Shown here piece after piece: positions 49,063-59,250 of a DNA stretch of 64,000 bases. How positions within the stretch are numbered: position 1 is the stretch's first letter; each line of letters opens with the position of its first letter. The translations under genes were made by a program, and so were the position numbers. The notes under the pieces were generated by a model, which saw nothing but the letters and a program-made list of their open reading frames with translations, was not told the origin of the DNA and made no database searches. Location: IMG/VR virus record IMGVR_UViG_3300043399_000676. The stretch is one strand, 5' to 3'. The stretch is from a virus (taxonomy: Duplodnaviria > Heunggongvirae > Uroviricota > Caudoviricetes).

Positions 49063-49422
49063 TTAATTATGTTTGCCACCAAAGTAGGGAGTAGCCAGCC
49101 CCTCATTTAATAGTCGAGTGTTAATTGAAGTTGAATCATTTAACAGGTAAACATCAGCAAGATAACGTCCATACTTATCAACCTTAAACGTTTCAATAAC
49201 GACTGGCTGTTTCATCAATTGATCTAGTACGAATTTCTTTGCAAGCTTTGCACTATTTTTTATAACCTCATCTGAAGAGTTAATCTCAGGAGTATCAATG
49301 CCATTCAGTCTAACTCTTAGGTCTACACAAATACCAAATCCTAAATCAACCAAAACATCAATCGTATCACCATCTACTACGTTAGTTACCATAGCATTAT
49401 AAATGTAATTTTGTTTTTTCAT
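49063..49422 (-). CDS. thermonuclease (staphylococcal nuclease-like)
   Basis: VVDGDTID, VRLNGIDTPE and DKYGRYLA motifs. Confidence 0.92.
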   Translation of the reverse strand: MKKQNYIYNAMVTNVVDGDTIDVLVDLGFGICVDLRVRLNGIDTPEINSSDEVIKNSAKLAKKFVLDQLMKQPVVIETFKVDKYGRYLADVYLLNDSTSINTRLLNEGLATPYFGGKHN

Positions 49423-49437
49423 AGTTATATATTTATC

Positions 49438-49525
49438 TGGCGGAAGGCTAGAGAATCGAACTCTATCCTCTTTCGAAGACCATCTGTTTTCGAGACAGTG
49501 ACAGGACCATCCTGTTTAACCTTCC
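49438..49525 (-). tRNA. tRNA-Ser(CGA)
   Basis: Cloverleaf with long variable arm, loop CT-CGA-AA, GCCA end. Confidence 0.85.
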
Positions 49526-49530
49526 TTGTT

Positions 49531-49914
49531 TCAATACAATGGCAATTGTTTTGTTATCGCATCAATCTTATCTTGGGTGTCAGGCCCTACTGCAACCGCA
49601 GTTAATGTTTTTACTCCATTAAACTCCGTTAATCCATTGTCTTCGATTAGAGAACAGATTAGACCTGCATCCTTTGCTTGATTGTAGATACTCAAAAGTT
49701 CTTGTTCAGAGTTGACATATACGCAAATCTTTTTAAACACACCTGTTATCCAAGGTGCTAGCCGTTCATCAGAAAGGTCCAACGTCATTACGTTACCCTC
49801 TCTTTTCATTTGACCTAAAATTGCACCCATACTTGCATGAGCTCCTTGTGCGACAAGCTTCCCTTTTCGCATGTTTAGGTCTTTTCTCATCACGATTACT
49901 TGTTTGTGTTCCAT
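49531..49914 (-). CDS. peptidyl-tRNA hydrolase, Pth2 family
   Basis: KQVIVMRKDLNMRKGKLVAQGAHAS, DNGLTEF and AVGP motifs. Confidence 0.9.
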   Translation of the reverse strand: MEHKQVIVMRKDLNMRKGKLVAQGAHASMGAILGQMKREGNVMTLDLSDERLAPWITGVFKKICVYVNSEQELLSIYNQAKDAGLICSLIEDNGLTEFNGVKTLTAVAVGPDTQDKIDAITKQLPLY

Positions 49915-50237
49915 CTTCTTTTTGATTCCAAATTAAACTGAATTGCTGCTGCACAAGGGAATGTCTCATCTTTTTTAAATATCATTCCATTGAGCTTGAA
50001 TGGCTGTAGTACACGATCTCCATTCCACCACCTTGTTTCAATCTTAATAATCCCTAATCTACCCAATGTTTCTCTTAATTCTGCAAACTCGGGATGATCT
50101 TCCGATGAAATCGAAACCCAAGTGTTTTCTCCCTTTAGTACCTCGAACAACTGTTTCGGTGTTTCAATCTTTGGAGCATACTCAGTTCTAACTGTAACTG
50201 AACACATAGATGATTCTTGTATTTGAAACTCTTTCAT
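49896..50237 (-). CDS. hypothetical protein
   Basis: Coupled ORF, 113 aa. Confidence 0.6.
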   Translation of the reverse strand: MKEFQIQESSMCSVTVRTEYAPKIETPKQLFEVLKGENTWVSISSEDHPEFAELRETLGRLGIIKIETRWWNGDRVLQPFKLNGMIFKKDETFPCAAAIQFNLESKRRWNTNK

Positions 50238-50264
50238 ATAAATATATCTTTGGGGAGTAAAGCC

Positions 50265-50831
50265 ATGAATAAGTTATTCATCATTTTTAAGTTCTTTCTA
50301 TTTACGTTAGTTGAATGGCTGTTTAATATATTAGCATTACCGATTGTTCCCGTCGCTGTAATGCTAGCTGACGAAGAAGGTAGACTACCTAAGTTTCTCA
50401 GATGGTTTGAAACACCTGATGCACTAGGTTGGGGAGCAGGAACTTATGAACCTGCTATACAGAAAATCTACGATGAGAAAGGAAAACGCAGAGCATTGAT
50501 TTCTTGGTTGTGGAGAAATCGTGCATATGGACTATCATCCAAATGGGCCGCTCGTCCTAACTATGACACCATGGTCATGAAATCATATGGCACACAAGGC
50601 GTCTTCAGAAATGCACCTGCTTGGTGGCTAGGTACAATTACTGACGGGGACAAGTGGTGGTTTGAATTCTCGTTTGCAGTACGTTTCGGTGATCTATTTG
50701 TTCTAGGTTTCAGAAACGGATGGAAACTACTACCGTTCTTTGATGGACATAGACCAACTGACTTTAGCACAACTGCAACAGGACTCTTTACTGGAATCTC
50801 TATTCGTTCAGATAGTGTAGATGGAGTTTAA
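50265..50831 (+). CDS. hypothetical membrane-associated phage protein
   Basis: GGAG SD, N-terminal TM segment, WFETPD and WLWRN. Confidence 0.65.
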   Translation: MNKLFIIFKFFLFTLVEWLFNILALPIVPVAVMLADEEGRLPKFLRWFETPDALGWGAGTYEPAIQKIYDEKGKRRALISWLWRNRAYGLSSKWAARPNYDTMVMKSYGTQGVFRNAPAWWLGTITDGDKWWFEFSFAVRFGDLFVLGFRNGWKLLPFFDGHRPTDFSTTATGLFTGISIRSDSVDGV

Positions 50832-50921
50832 TGGCAGAGAGTGAGGGATTCGAACCCTCGTGCCGCTTTCGCAGCCAACTGATTTCCAATCAGTGCCGAT
50901 AAGCCTCTCCGGCAACTCTCT
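50832..50921 (-). tRNA. tRNA-Ser(GGA)
   Basis: Loop TT-GGA-AA, long variable arm, GCCA end. Confidence 0.88.
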
Positions 50922-50930
50922 ATAAATTGT

Positions 50931-51125
50931 TTATTTGGGGTAATTATCTAACGCATCCAACATGCAGTCTTCAGTAGATAAAATGTCTTGGTAGTCAGAT
51001 TTTCTTATGAGACTATCTTCTCCGAACTTTATGTTAGATGATTTCTTTTTGAAGATGTTATCCCAATTCTTGTCAAAGGTTTTTTGGTCGACGGCAAAAG
51101 GTCTAGGTGATGATCCCTTACTCAT
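50931..51125 (-). CDS. hypothetical protein
   Basis: MSKGSSPRP...WDNIF; AAGGAG SD. Confidence 0.65.
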   Translation of the reverse strand: MSKGSSPRPFAVDQKTFDKNWDNIFKKKSSNIKFGEDSLIRKSDYQDILSTEDCMLDALDNYPK

Positions 51126-51140
51126 AGTTTCTCCTTAATG

Positions 51141-51467
51141 TTAGTTTTTTTCAGCTTCCAGTCTGCGGAAGTGTTCGATGTATTGCTTTGCGTTTCTATC
51201 TATTTCTTCTTGCACTGATTTTGGTTGAATCTTAATCAGTTCAAGGGTTTTGGCATGCATCTGTATTATCTCATCTTTATGCCTGCGAATTTCTTCTTCG
51301 GTTTTCTTTAGTTTTTCGTATGTCTCAACAAACTTGGCATAGCGTTCATCTATCTTGACTATGCCATATACCCCAGACACAAACAAGAAAATCATCACTG
51401 CTAGCTGCTGGCTAGTGAACCCTTTTATCGTATCCAAGACTTTAGTTACAAGGTCTATATTAATCAT
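51141..51467 (-). CDS. membrane-anchored coiled-coil protein
   Basis: TM segment followed by a coiled coil. Confidence 0.55.
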   Translation of the reverse strand: MINIDLVTKVLDTIKGFTSQQLAVMIFLFVSGVYGIVKIDERYAKFVETYEKLKKTEEEIRRHKDEIIQMHAKTLELIKIQPKSVQEEIDRNAKQYIEHFRRLEAEKN

Positions 51468-51667
51468 TGGTTTGCAATGAACCCTGTCATTGGTCCTCTT
51501 GGCGTCATGATCGAGCATGTACTGCCAACTGGCTGAAATGGAACGTATGACCAACCCATTGAGGTCATGCATATATTACCTTCCCAAGTTCTGGTATACG
51601 GGTTAAGCTGAACCGCAGCAAAACTAGAAGAACAGGCAAGTAGTAATGATAACAATACAATACGCAT
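51464..51667 (-). CDS. small secreted Cys-containing protein
   Basis: Signal peptide MRIVLLSLLLACSSSFA. Confidence 0.55.
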   Translation of the reverse strand: MRIVLLSLLLACSSSFAAVQLNPYTRTWEGNICMTSMGWSYVPFQPVGSTCSIMTPRGPMTGFIANQ

Positions 51668-51692
51668 GAATATATTTATCTTAATAATCAAG

Positions 51693-52613
51693 CTAATTAC
51701 TATCGTTTAGTTTTTTATCAAAAAAGTCACCGTATTGATTAAAATCAAACGCATAAAATTCTCCCTTAATGTAAATTTCATTGTTTGAGAGAATTGCGTC
51801 TGCTAACCCATCTTTCCTAAAACGATAAGCTGAGGCTGTAGCAATCGCAGTTTCCACATCTAATACGGGATTTGGTATCTTAGTCCATCTATTTATATCA
51901 CTTAATATCTTAATTTGATCTGCGTTAAACTTGAACTTAGGATCAGAAACAAGAGTACGATATTTTTGATAATAGCTAAACATAGACTCCAAGTAAGCTT
52001 TAGTTTTGAACTTAGATCCTTTGCGAAGCATTTCCTTCATTTTAACAGTTTCAAAATAGATTTTATCTAATAGTCTCAGAATTTCAGGACTTTCCCCTGT
52101 TGAGGCGGCGGCAATTGCGTCAGAGAACGAGTTAAAAAATGAGTAGACTGCACTTTCTAATTTCAAAAAGTCTGGGTTTAGTTCCATTGAGTTAACTAAA
52201 AAAGATTCTGGATTGGGTTTTGACATTGCGAAGTCTTCGAAGAAATCCCTAAACTTCTCACTCCAAGTAAAACTAAAACCATTGATTGGAAATATCAGGT
52301 ATATTTTACCATCTCCGTATTGGTTTGCCGTCAATATTTCACCAGTTACAAAAATAGAGTTGCCCCTGAGAGCTTCGAACCCACTTAATTTAAGTACTTT
52401 ATCAACTAAAGTTTGCATTGGTTTAGATGTATCTTTTGGGTCTCTATTCCCAGTCATATACTTTTTACCAGGCTCGTAGTCTCCCTTGTAACCTCTAAAT
52501 ATTGGGTTTCCGCCGGCGCCGCGAATAGCACTCACCGAATCAGAACATTCGGTTTCCACCTTGTTCCAAAAATCTTCGTTTGTTTCTTTTACTACTTCAA
52601 ATAACTTAACCAT
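51693..52613 (-). CDS. ADP-ribosyltransferase-like paralog 7
   Basis: PIFRG / RDPKDT / NSIFVTG / NEIYI; own TAAATA promoter. Confidence 0.6.
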   Translation of the reverse strand: MVKLFEVVKETNEDFWNKVETECSDSVSAIRGAGGNPIFRGYKGDYEPGKKYMTGNRDPKDTSKPMQTLVDKVLKLSGFEALRGNSIFVTGEILTANQYGDGKIYLIFPINGFSFTWSEKFRDFFEDFAMSKPNPESFLVNSMELNPDFLKLESAVYSFFNSFSDAIAAASTGESPEILRLLDKIYFETVKMKEMLRKGSKFKTKAYLESMFSYYQKYRTLVSDPKFKFNADQIKILSDINRWTKIPNPVLDVETAIATASAYRFRKDGLADAILSNNEIYIKGEFYAFDFNQYGDFFDKKLNDSN

Positions 52614-52667
52614 AGTACTATTTAGTAAAAGTACCAAACTTAGGTGCAGTGTAGACTAGGACGAGCC

Positions 52668-54116
52668 TTATTTTTCAATGATTACTACTGAGTGCCCCCA
52701 CAGCATCTTAATATACTCCAGTACTGTTGCTTTGCTCTTATGTAACTTAGCATTGTTTACTGGAGTATATTTCAGTCTTAGCTCTCTGCTACCTTTAAGG
52801 TCTGCATCAAACACCTGAATGTTTGGTTGATAAGCTGATAGGCTATACTGGCTACTCAATGTCTGTCTGATTCTGTCATAGTACCTGTTATCTTGAATGC
52901 CAGTTACTTCGACGTACTCATCATCTTCATTGTTAGTAATTTCAAACAGTTTCCATTTACGCATTATGGTTGGACTGAGGAACTGTTGAATAAAACTTTC
53001 GTCACGATAGTTTTCTACTGCATACAAACATTCATCAAGCCAGTTCTTTCCAACTAGGTGAGGGAAGTATTCTTCGTCTTCAGCAGTAGGAAACTCACAA
53101 ATTCTGCGAATGTCACTAAACATATCGAACCCAAGTGCATATGGATTATATCCATTGTAATACTTGTGATCATATGGCAACTGAGTCAGTACACCTGAGT
53201 GGCTGTGTATAAATTCTAGATAACTACCATCACTAATAAGACCTTTTTCCCAAAGTCTATTCATGATGTAATAGTGAGTGAAGCTAGCCCAACCCTCGTT
53301 CATCACTTTAGTCTGACGTTGTGGGTAGAAGTATTGACTAATCTTACGAACAATACGAACGATTTCACGTTGCCAAGACTCAAGAATAGGACTATGTTTC
53401 TCTATGAAGTACATAATGTTTTCTTGCGGTTCTTCAGGAAACTGCTTTGATACCCTAGACTCTTGTGTTTTCTTTTTAGGGAGTGTACTCCAAAGTTCGT
53501 TAGCCTGTTGCTGCACTAACTCTTCTCTTTGTTTTTGACGTTCCTCTTCTTTTTCTTTGCTTAACTTTGAGGGTCTTTTGTACTTGTCGATGCCATAATC
53601 CATGATAGCATGGCAAGCATCCAATGTATTTTCTACAGCTTCGTACCCATATTTCTCTTCGCACTTTGCAATGTAGTTCTTGGCAAAGTTCATGTAGTCA
53701 ACGATGCCTTCTGCGTCAGTCCATTGCTTGAACAGGTAATTGTTCTTAAAGAAATGATTATGCCCATATGCAGCGTGAGCAATTACTAATGCCTGCATCG
53801 TCATCGAATTTTCTTCCATCAGATAACTGATACACGGAGAAGAGTTAATTACGATTTCATACGCTAGTCCTTGATATCCTTTACGATAACTGTATTGCTG
53901 TTGTATGAAGTGTTTACCAAAGCTCCAATGATTGTACATAAGTGGAAGACCATGTGAAGCATACGCTTCTAACATTTGATCCGATCCTATGATTTCAATC
54001 TGATTGGGATACGTGTTTAGTTTCAATTCATCGAACGCGATTTCTGCAATAGCTTCATCTGCTATTTTTAGACGCTCAAACGTCCAATCATTACCTTCCC
54101 ATAGTAGCTTTGACAT
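52668..54116 (-). CDS. SpoVR family protein (YcgB-like)
   Basis: YNHWSFGK, LAYEIVINS, AHAAYGHNHFFKNN and QTKVMNEGWASF motifs. Confidence 0.92.
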   Translation of the reverse strand: MSKLLWEGNDWTFERLKIADEAIAEIAFDELKLNTYPNQIEIIGSDQMLEAYASHGLPLMYNHWSFGKHFIQQQYSYRKGYQGLAYEIVINSSPCISYLMEENSMTMQALVIAHAAYGHNHFFKNNYLFKQWTDAEGIVDYMNFAKNYIAKCEEKYGYEAVENTLDACHAIMDYGIDKYKRPSKLSKEKEEERQKQREELVQQQANELWSTLPKKKTQESRVSKQFPEEPQENIMYFIEKHSPILESWQREIVRIVRKISQYFYPQRQTKVMNEGWASFTHYYIMNRLWEKGLISDGSYLEFIHSHSGVLTQLPYDHKYYNGYNPYALGFDMFSDIRRICEFPTAEDEEYFPHLVGKNWLDECLYAVENYRDESFIQQFLSPTIMRKWKLFEITNNEDDEYVEVTGIQDNRYYDRIRQTLSSQYSLSAYQPNIQVFDADLKGSRELRLKYTPVNNAKLHKSKATVLEYIKMLWGHSVVIIEK

Positions 54117-54127
54117 AACAATTCCTT

Positions 54128-54838
54128 TTAGGGTATTATTGGTTTACCGCTGATTTTACTAACCGCGATTAGGTGCCCACTACCAGTAACATATACACCA
54201 GTTTTTCTAGTAGCGAGATATTGATCTCTAGTATCAACTGTAGCAGCTTTGGCTATTCTTCCTGCCTTATAAGGATAAGATCCCCAATTCTTAGGCCACA
54301 TTAACTGCTCACCTGACTTTAAAAAGTTAGCTAGGTTTTCTTCTGTAGCCGACTGTTTGCTCATTGCAACGAAGTCATATTTCCCCTCACTAGCATTAGA
54401 CAAAAATTCTGTAAGGGCATTGGAAGTAAATCCTATGTTCTGGAACGAATTGTCCTTAGCAGTCTTTAATAAACGATTGAATATTGAATCATTTGGGTCG
54501 ACTCCAACTCGTTGAACTCTATTATTTTCATCGACGTTAGAAAACAAAACATATAACCACTTGTAATCATTTGGGTCTATGTCATTAGCTACCTGATCAT
54601 CCCAGCTTCCTTTATAATTGTCTATTTGACCTTTAGTTAATGGAGCGTCTGTACCGTTGCCTTCATACCAAGCACCGTATTTTTTGGCTATCATTTGAAC
54701 ACGTTGAAGAGTTTCAGGAGATAATTGTAATGGTTTCCCGTGCGCCTGTCCTACTACTACCGCGTTATCATTTAGAAATATTGCACCTATGCTAGATGAT
54801 GCGTTTTCAAAAAGAGGTAATATCTCACTTATCTTCAT
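54128..54838 (-). CDS. hypothetical protein with virion-type N-terminus
   Basis: MKISEILPLFE; ends GVYVTGSGHL. Confidence 0.65.
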   Translation of the reverse strand: MKISEILPLFENASSSIGAIFLNDNAVVVGQAHGKPLQLSPETLQRVQMIAKKYGAWYEGNGTDAPLTKGQIDNYKGSWDDQVANDIDPNDYKWLYVLFSNVDENNRVQRVGVDPNDSIFNRLLKTAKDNSFQNIGFTSNALTEFLSNASEGKYDFVAMSKQSATEENLANFLKSGEQLMWPKNWGSYPYKAGRIAKAATVDTRDQYLATRKTGVYVTGSGHLIAVSKISGKPIIP

Positions 54839-54840
54839 GC

Positions 54841-56097
54841 TTACCTCGCTTCTTGTTTAGCAAACAACTCTCTGAACACTAGCCAAATGTCTTTCACTTC
54901 AGTGACTGTTCGCATGGCCAAATGTGAGTATTTTTCTCGTAATGGATCATATGTATCCCATAGTTCAGTGTTTAGGCTGTTTGCGTAATACAAGTTCTCT
55001 ATTTCGACGTAGGCAAAATACTGAACTAAGGGCAATAACTTTTCAAGTGCAATCACTGTGTCTTCGCCGTCATTGGAAAAGTTGTCCCCATCAGATGCCT
55101 GACTGACAAAAATATTCCAGTCATCGACGTTATATCGTTCTTTGATAATTTCCAAAGCTAAGTTTAGTCCAGAACTAACAACAGTTCCGCCGCTTTCTCT
55201 ACTATGGAAGAAATCTTCTTCATCTACTTCTTTAGCAGACTCATGGTGTCGAATAAAGATTACATCTACCTTTTCATACTTTCTTCTTAGGAACATGTGC
55301 AAGAAAAAGAAGAAACGCTTGGCTAAATCTTTTTCTCTCTGTCCCATACTACCAGATACGTCCATGATACAAATCATGACTGCTTTGGTAATTGGCTGCG
55401 GGGTAGGAGTGAAGTTTCTGTATCTTACATCAAATGGATCTAGCCAGGGAATAGCACGTTGCTTTCTCTTTAGCTCTTCAAGTCGTAGCAAGAGTTCCTT
55501 TGCTTTATACTCGTTGCATGTCTTAAGCTGTTCTTCAATTTCAAGAATTTCTTCATTCTTAGGACGCTTGAGTCCTATTCTTCTTCCTAAGCTATTCTTA
55601 AGACTTCGTACAACATCTAACTGACTTGGATTGCCTACATTAGTAAAGCCCGCTCTCTTAGGCTTTACCTTTGTAATGTCTTTCATTTGTTTTTTAACTA
55701 GATCAGGTAACTCTAAGTCTTCGAAGATGAAGTCAAGGTACTCATCTGGATTAAGTACAAACTCAAAGTCATCTTCTCCTTCACCTAGTCCACCCTTTGA
55801 TCCTCCGCCACCTTCTTCATCCTCAGGCTTTTTTTGCCTGTCGCCGACAACGTGTTCTTTGTTGCCGGGTAGCACATACTTCTTATCACCTGTCTTTGAG
55901 TTAATACCGAACGATGGTTCGCCAATACCTTTGACCTTAACTTTTACCTTTCCGTTTTCGATATCAGCAATGTTTCCATTGTCTATTGATTCTTTTACCG
56001 CTTCCTTTATCTGTGCCTTACTTCGCTTGATAAACTTTTGACGATTCTTAATCGTCTTATCTTTTGGATTCAGTCTTCGGTCAATGATATTAGCCAT
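54841..56097 (-). CDS. YeaH/YhbH family vWA protein (DUF444)
   Basis: IIDRRLN, MDVSGSM, ESGGTVVSS and SDGDN motifs. Confidence 0.92.
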   Translation of the reverse strand: MANIIDRRLNPKDKTIKNRQKFIKRSKAQIKEAVKESIDNGNIADIENGKVKVKVKGIGEPSFGINSKTGDKKYVLPGNKEHVVGDRQKKPEDEEGGGGSKGGLGEGEDDFEFVLNPDEYLDFIFEDLELPDLVKKQMKDITKVKPKRAGFTNVGNPSQLDVVRSLKNSLGRRIGLKRPKNEEILEIEEQLKTCNEYKAKELLLRLEELKRKQRAIPWLDPFDVRYRNFTPTPQPITKAVMICIMDVSGSMGQREKDLAKRFFFFLHMFLRRKYEKVDVIFIRHHESAKEVDEEDFFHSRESGGTVVSSGLNLALEIIKERYNVDDWNIFVSQASDGDNFSNDGEDTVIALEKLLPLVQYFAYVEIENLYYANSLNTELWDTYDPLREKYSHLAMRTVTEVKDIWLVFRELFAKQEAR

Positions 56098-56108
56098 CTA
56101 GCTTTCCT

Positions 56109-58055
56109 TTAAGAACTCTTACGAACTCTCTGATACCAGTCACACAAACGTCTTACTTGTCTTTCGGTGTATCCTAGACCAATCATTCTGGTCACAAAGT
56201 CGTTGTGCTTCTTCTCAAGTTCTTTATCCTTCTTGCTATCAAAACTGATGACTGGTAGAAGGTCTTCTACTTGACTAAACATTCTCTTTTCAATAACGTC
56301 ACGAAGAACTGAGTAGCTAGTCCAAGCAGGATTCTTTCCACCGTTCTCGGGTTTAGCTCTTGCTCTTAGGCAGAAGTTGACTACTTCGTTTCTAAAATCT
56401 TTTGGATTAGAAATCCCTGCAGGCTTCTCGATCTTCTCAAGCTCTGAGTTCAGCAAAGCCCTATCCATCATTAGTCCAGTATCTGGATCTTTGAATTCAA
56501 TGTTCTGAATCCATGCATCAGCAAAATCTACATAGCGATCAAACAAGTTTTGCCCATAGTCACTATATGATTCTAGATATGCACGTTGAATAGAATTACC
56601 TAGAAACTCTGCATATCTAGTAGACAACTCACTCTTAATAAAATCAAGATACTTTTGTTCACGATCTGATCCAAACTGTTCACGCTTAATTGCGTTCTCA
56701 AGTACAAACATTAGATGTACGGGGTCTGCTGCGATTTCTTCTGGAGTGAAGTTAAAGGTCTGACTTAGAATCTTGTAAGCAAATCGAGTTGAAATGCCAT
56801 CCATACCCTCATCTACACCTGCAACATCGTGATATTCCTGAATAGACTTTGCTTTAGGATCACTGTCACGAATGTTTTCTCCATTGTAGACTCGCATCTT
56901 ACTAAAGAGGGTGCTATTTTCATGTTCACGAAGTCTAGTCAATACACTAAACTGTGCTAGCATTTCGACTGTCTGAGGAGCACAAGGTGCTGCACCTAGG
57001 CCCGAACTCTTGATCATTTTTTCGTAAATCTTAACTTCTTCGTCAACACGCAAGCAATACGGTACCTTGACAACGCATATCCTGTCAAGAAACGCTTCGT
57101 TGTTTTTGTTGTTTCTAAAGGTTTGCCATTCACTTTCGTTAGAGTGGGCAAGAACAATTCCTTGAAACGGTATAGCAGAGATTGCTTCTGTACCGACATA
57201 GTTTCCCTCCTGTGTGGCTGTAAGTAGAGGATGTAGCACTTTGATAGGAGCCTTAAACATCTCTACGAATTCAAGTAGGCCTTGATTAGCTCTGTTCAAT
57301 CCACCGCTATAGCTATAGGCATCAGTATCATTTTGGCTGTATTGTTCTAGTTTACGAATATCAACCTTACCAACTAGGGTACTGATGTCTTGGTTGTTTT
57401 CATCACCAGGCTCAGTCTTCATGACTGCAATTTGCTCTAGTTTACTAGGCATTAACTTAACTACTCGGAACTTAGTGATGTCACCATTGAATTCTTTTAG
57501 CCTCTTCATAGCCCACGGACTCATGATGCTATTGAGATAGCGTCCTTCTATTCCATATTGTTCAAACAAATGTTCTCTGAACTGTGGTACTGAAGAGAAC
57601 AGCCCTAGTGGACTTTCGAATACAGGACTAATCTCACCTGTTTCAGTTGCTAGTGCATAGATAGGGTTGAGCTCCATCAACTCCTTAAGGCGTTCAGCAA
57701 GTGATGACTTACCGCCACCAACTGGTCCTAGTAGGTATAGAATTTGTTTACGTTCTTCTAGTCCTTGTGCTGCATGTCTGAAGTACCCTACAATACGTTC
57801 GATTGCATCTTCCATACCATAGAACTCTTTGAATGCTGGGTACATTCTTACTGTACGATTAGTGAAGATTCTGCTTAGACGAGAATCTTTGCTAGTGTCC
57901 ACTAGCTCTGGCTCACCAATCGCTGCAATCATTCGTTCTGCGGCTGTGGCGTAAGCCATCTTGTCACTTTTGCATAGGTCAAGATACTCATCTATGGTCA
58001 TAGACTTGTATGCGGTCTTTTCAAAATTACTTTTGAATAAATTGGATATTGACAT
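56109..58055 (-). CDS. prkA: PrkA/YeaG family serine kinase/AAA ATPase
   Basis: LLGPVGGGKSSL, EPGDENNQDISTLVG and HPLLTATQEGNY motifs. Confidence 0.93.
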   Translation of the reverse strand: MSISNLFKSNFEKTAYKSMTIDEYLDLCKSDKMAYATAAERMIAAIGEPELVDTSKDSRLSRIFTNRTVRMYPAFKEFYGMEDAIERIVGYFRHAAQGLEERKQILYLLGPVGGGKSSLAERLKELMELNPIYALATETGEISPVFESPLGLFSSVPQFREHLFEQYGIEGRYLNSIMSPWAMKRLKEFNGDITKFRVVKLMPSKLEQIAVMKTEPGDENNQDISTLVGKVDIRKLEQYSQNDTDAYSYSGGLNRANQGLLEFVEMFKAPIKVLHPLLTATQEGNYVGTEAISAIPFQGIVLAHSNESEWQTFRNNKNNEAFLDRICVVKVPYCLRVDEEVKIYEKMIKSSGLGAAPCAPQTVEMLAQFSVLTRLREHENSTLFSKMRVYNGENIRDSDPKAKSIQEYHDVAGVDEGMDGISTRFAYKILSQTFNFTPEEIAADPVHLMFVLENAIKREQFGSDREQKYLDFIKSELSTRYAEFLGNSIQRAYLESYSDYGQNLFDRYVDFADAWIQNIEFKDPDTGLMMDRALLNSELEKIEKPAGISNPKDFRNEVVNFCLRARAKPENGGKNPAWTSYSVLRDVIEKRMFSQVEDLLPVISFDSKKDKELEKKHNDFVTRMIGLGYTERQVRRLCDWYQRVRKSS

Positions 58056-58091
58056 GGATACTCCTAATATGTTTTATTTAGTTTACTGCGC

Positions 58092-58877
58092 TCAGTTGAT
58101 GTTTAAAACTAGGCATTTTGCCGCACCACCAGATTTTATGAATTCGCTCAATTCAAACTCATGCACGGTGTATCCTACAGAACGCAATTGATTTGCTACG
58201 GTGGTATTATTGGGAATAAACAAGTGTTCACCTATCCCTACGCAGTTACACCCGAATCTTAGTGCATCGCCTGTAGATACGGTTATACTATCTGAAAAAG
58301 ACCTGTAAATCAAGTCCTGACTACTCTTTGAGAACGCATTTGGGTACCACATTAATCCACCATTTGGCAGTGGACAAAAACAAGTATCCAAGTGATACCA
58401 CCTTGGATCAACTAATTCAAGTACATTGATGTGCTTTCTTAGAATATGTTCTAATTCGTAAGACACTAATCGATTAGTTCTAAACCCAGAACCTAACCAA
58501 TGCCTTCCTTTTGAGTCAACGATATGATCACCTTCTCCCTCATATGGCAAGGCAGGTTGGATCACGTTAAATCCATTGTTTTGAAACCATTCACGAAAAA
58601 TAGGCTCTTCGCCTGTTCGTTCTAAATTTGTAAACCTAGAAAGAACCACTACATCACCATGCACTGAACCCGCGTTTGCAGTAAAAACCAAATCAGGAAG
58701 TCCAGGTACACCTTTGACTAATTTCACAATAGCAATTTTACTCAATGCTTCAAACAAAGCGAACCATCCTGATTGAGCCAAATGATTGTCCACCTTTCCT
58801 ATATGAGATGTCATCCAAGGATTAATATCATATGAAACTTCAAAATGTTTTGGATCACACATTAAAACTGTTTTCAT
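58092..58877 (-). CDS. amidinotransferase / dimethylargininase family protein
   Basis: YDINPWM, LPDLVFTANAG, EGEGD, YHLDTCFCPL and KSGGAAKCL motifs. Confidence 0.88.
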   Translation of the reverse strand: MKTVLMCDPKHFEVSYDINPWMTSHIGKVDNHLAQSGWFALFEALSKIAIVKLVKGVPGLPDLVFTANAGSVHGDVVVLSRFTNLERTGEEPIFREWFQNNGFNVIQPALPYEGEGDHIVDSKGRHWLGSGFRTNRLVSYELEHILRKHINVLELVDPRWYHLDTCFCPLPNGGLMWYPNAFSKSSQDLIYRSFSDSITVSTGDALRFGCNCVGIGEHLFIPNNTTVANQLRSVGYTVHEFELSEFIKSGGAAKCLVLNIN

Positions 58878-58929
58878 TAACTCACCTTAAAATACAGCGG
58901 TATTTAGACATCAACGTTTTTAATGAACA

Positions 58930-59160
58930 TTATTTTCGTCGTTTACGCCAAGTGTACGCGATCCCATCTGGACATAATCCATTCTCCACAGAATCAACAC
59001 CAGTCTTTCCTATTTGATTAGGGTTCTCGCTTACCATTGTTACGAAACTCATTCCTCTCTTACGAAAAGTTTCTGTTACTGAAAGTGCATCACTTAACAC
59101 ATCACAATCCCAATTATAGCACTTATTATCAATTGGATCAGTGTAATAAACCTTATACAT
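58930..59160 (-). CDS. hypothetical protein
   Basis: 76 aa after a TAAATA motif. Confidence 0.65.
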   Translation of the reverse strand: MYKVYYTDPIDNKCYNWDCDVLSDALSVTETFRKRGMSFVTMVSENPNQIGKTGVDSVENGLCPDGIAYTWRKRRK

Positions 59161-59172
59161 ATTTTATTTAGT

Positions 59173-59248
59173 TGGCGCGCCTCGAGGGAGTCGAACCCCC
59201 ACAAACTGGTTTCGAAGACCAGGACTCTATCCATTAAGCTAGAGGCGC
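59173..59248 (-). tRNA. tRNA-Arg(TCG)
   Basis: Loop CT-TCG-AA, GCCA end. Confidence 0.88.
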
Positions 59249-59250
59249 AA

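Noticed and set aside
58092-58877. Amidinotransferase as the archaeosine (G+) synthase of the deazaguanine pathway
   Set aside because: It is a pentein-fold DDAH/ADI-type protein, unrelated to ArcS, QueF-L or GAT-QueC, and lies 55 kb from the que cluster
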